From: a virus | Lineage: Duplodnaviria; Caudoviricetes | DNA: 25,688 nucleotides | Direction: 5' to 3' (one strand) | Virus record (IMG/VR): IMGVR_UViG_3300017914_002572 | Span: 1-25,688 of that record | Part shown: piece by piece, positions 25,179 through 25,688 of the stretch | Numbering within the stretch: the stretch's first letter is position 1 | Layout: each line of letters starts with the position of its first letter | Program-made: the position numbers and the translations under genes | Notes under the pieces: model-generated | What the model saw: the letters and a program-made list of their open reading frames with translations, nothing else | Database searches by the model: none | What the model was told of the DNA's origin: nothing

Positions 25179-25688
25179 TTAATGAAGGTCTACCCAAGCA
25201 CCGTTAGCCCGACCTTGAAACTTATTTGTTGTCGAATTATATATCACCATTCCATTTACAACTCCAGTTGCGCTATCTCGTTGTGTGGTTGTGAACGAAC
25301 CAAATTGAAATAATTTCTGAGTCCCAACTGAAACTTTACCATTGAGTTCAATTGTTCCGCCTGCAATCTCAACATCGTCAGTTCCATTAGTTATCAGTAT
25401 ATCTTCAATAGCACTGTTTCCCGCACCACTTATTACAAAATTGCCTGAATCGTAGTCAGTCCTAATATATGCACTATTGCCGTAATTTGAAGCTGTGCCA
25501 AATTGTAATACCTCGACTTGTTCAGAATCTGCAGTTATTTGAACTATAGAATTGCCGGTGCTATTCTCAAACCGCACTCTGTCATTTACATCAACATGAA
25601 AACCTGTAGCAGGATTAACATTAATACCGATATCACCGTCTGATGCAATTCTTAATCTCTCGACATTAGCAGTCTCAAAAGTAATAAC
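25179..25688 (-). CDS. Tail-fibre-like virion protein, C-terminal part (5'-truncated)
   Basis: The frame is open to the window edge (VITFETANVERLRIASDGDIGIN...). It contains an F.T...ERLRI.S.G.IGI fibre-type repeat and a terminal TT.QRD....NGM.IYN.TT.KFQG....W module common in aquatic phage fibre proteins. Confidence 0.75.
   Translation of the reverse strand, partial: VITFETANVERLRIASDGDIGINVNPATGFHVDVNDRVRFENSTGNSIVQITADSEQVEVLQFGTASNYGNSAYIRTDYDSGNFVISGAGNSAIEDILITNGTDDVEIAGGTIELNGKVSVGTQKLFQFGSFTTTQRDSATGVVNGMVIYNSTTNKFQGRANGAWVDLH

Noticed and set aside
1-25688. Introns, inteins, homing endonucleases, tRNAs, CRISPR arrays, alternative genetic code
   Set aside because: Core genes are uninterrupted and of ordinary length, intergenic gaps are short, no cloverleaf or repeat-spacer pattern was seen, and TAA, TAG and TGA all serve as stops.

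Overview
This window is a 25.7 kb segment of a T4-like myophage genome with the gene order of marine or freshwater T4-like phages. All credible genes are on the minus strand. In transcription order: the C-terminal end of a fibre-like protein; the neck, tail, packaging and head block (gp13, gp14, gp15, gp16, gp17, gp18, gp19, gp20, gp67-like, gp21, gp22, gp23, gp3); uvsY, uvsW and a hypothetical gene; late sigma gp55, gp47, gp46; a HEXXH+VWA protein paired with a MoxR/CobS-type AAA+ ATPase; gp45, a hypothetical gene, gp44; and small membrane-protein ORFs at the left edge. Eight TATAAATA late promoters, several sigma70-type promoters and three hairpins can be read directly from the sequence. The main leads are: (1) enrichment of [D/N/S/T]-S-P motifs in apparently variable regions of virion proteins, a possible modification sequon; (2) a repeated early-promoter architecture (A-tract-ATGCAT-N16/17-TTTACA-N17-TAnnnT) driving the AAA+/VWA-peptidase pair, with a third copy firing antisense into the late gp3-uvsY-uvsW unit; (3) the AAA+/VWA-peptidase module itself; (4) a candidate H-type RNA pseudoknot upstream of gp44. 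All calls come from motif recognition and synteny; no database searches were run.
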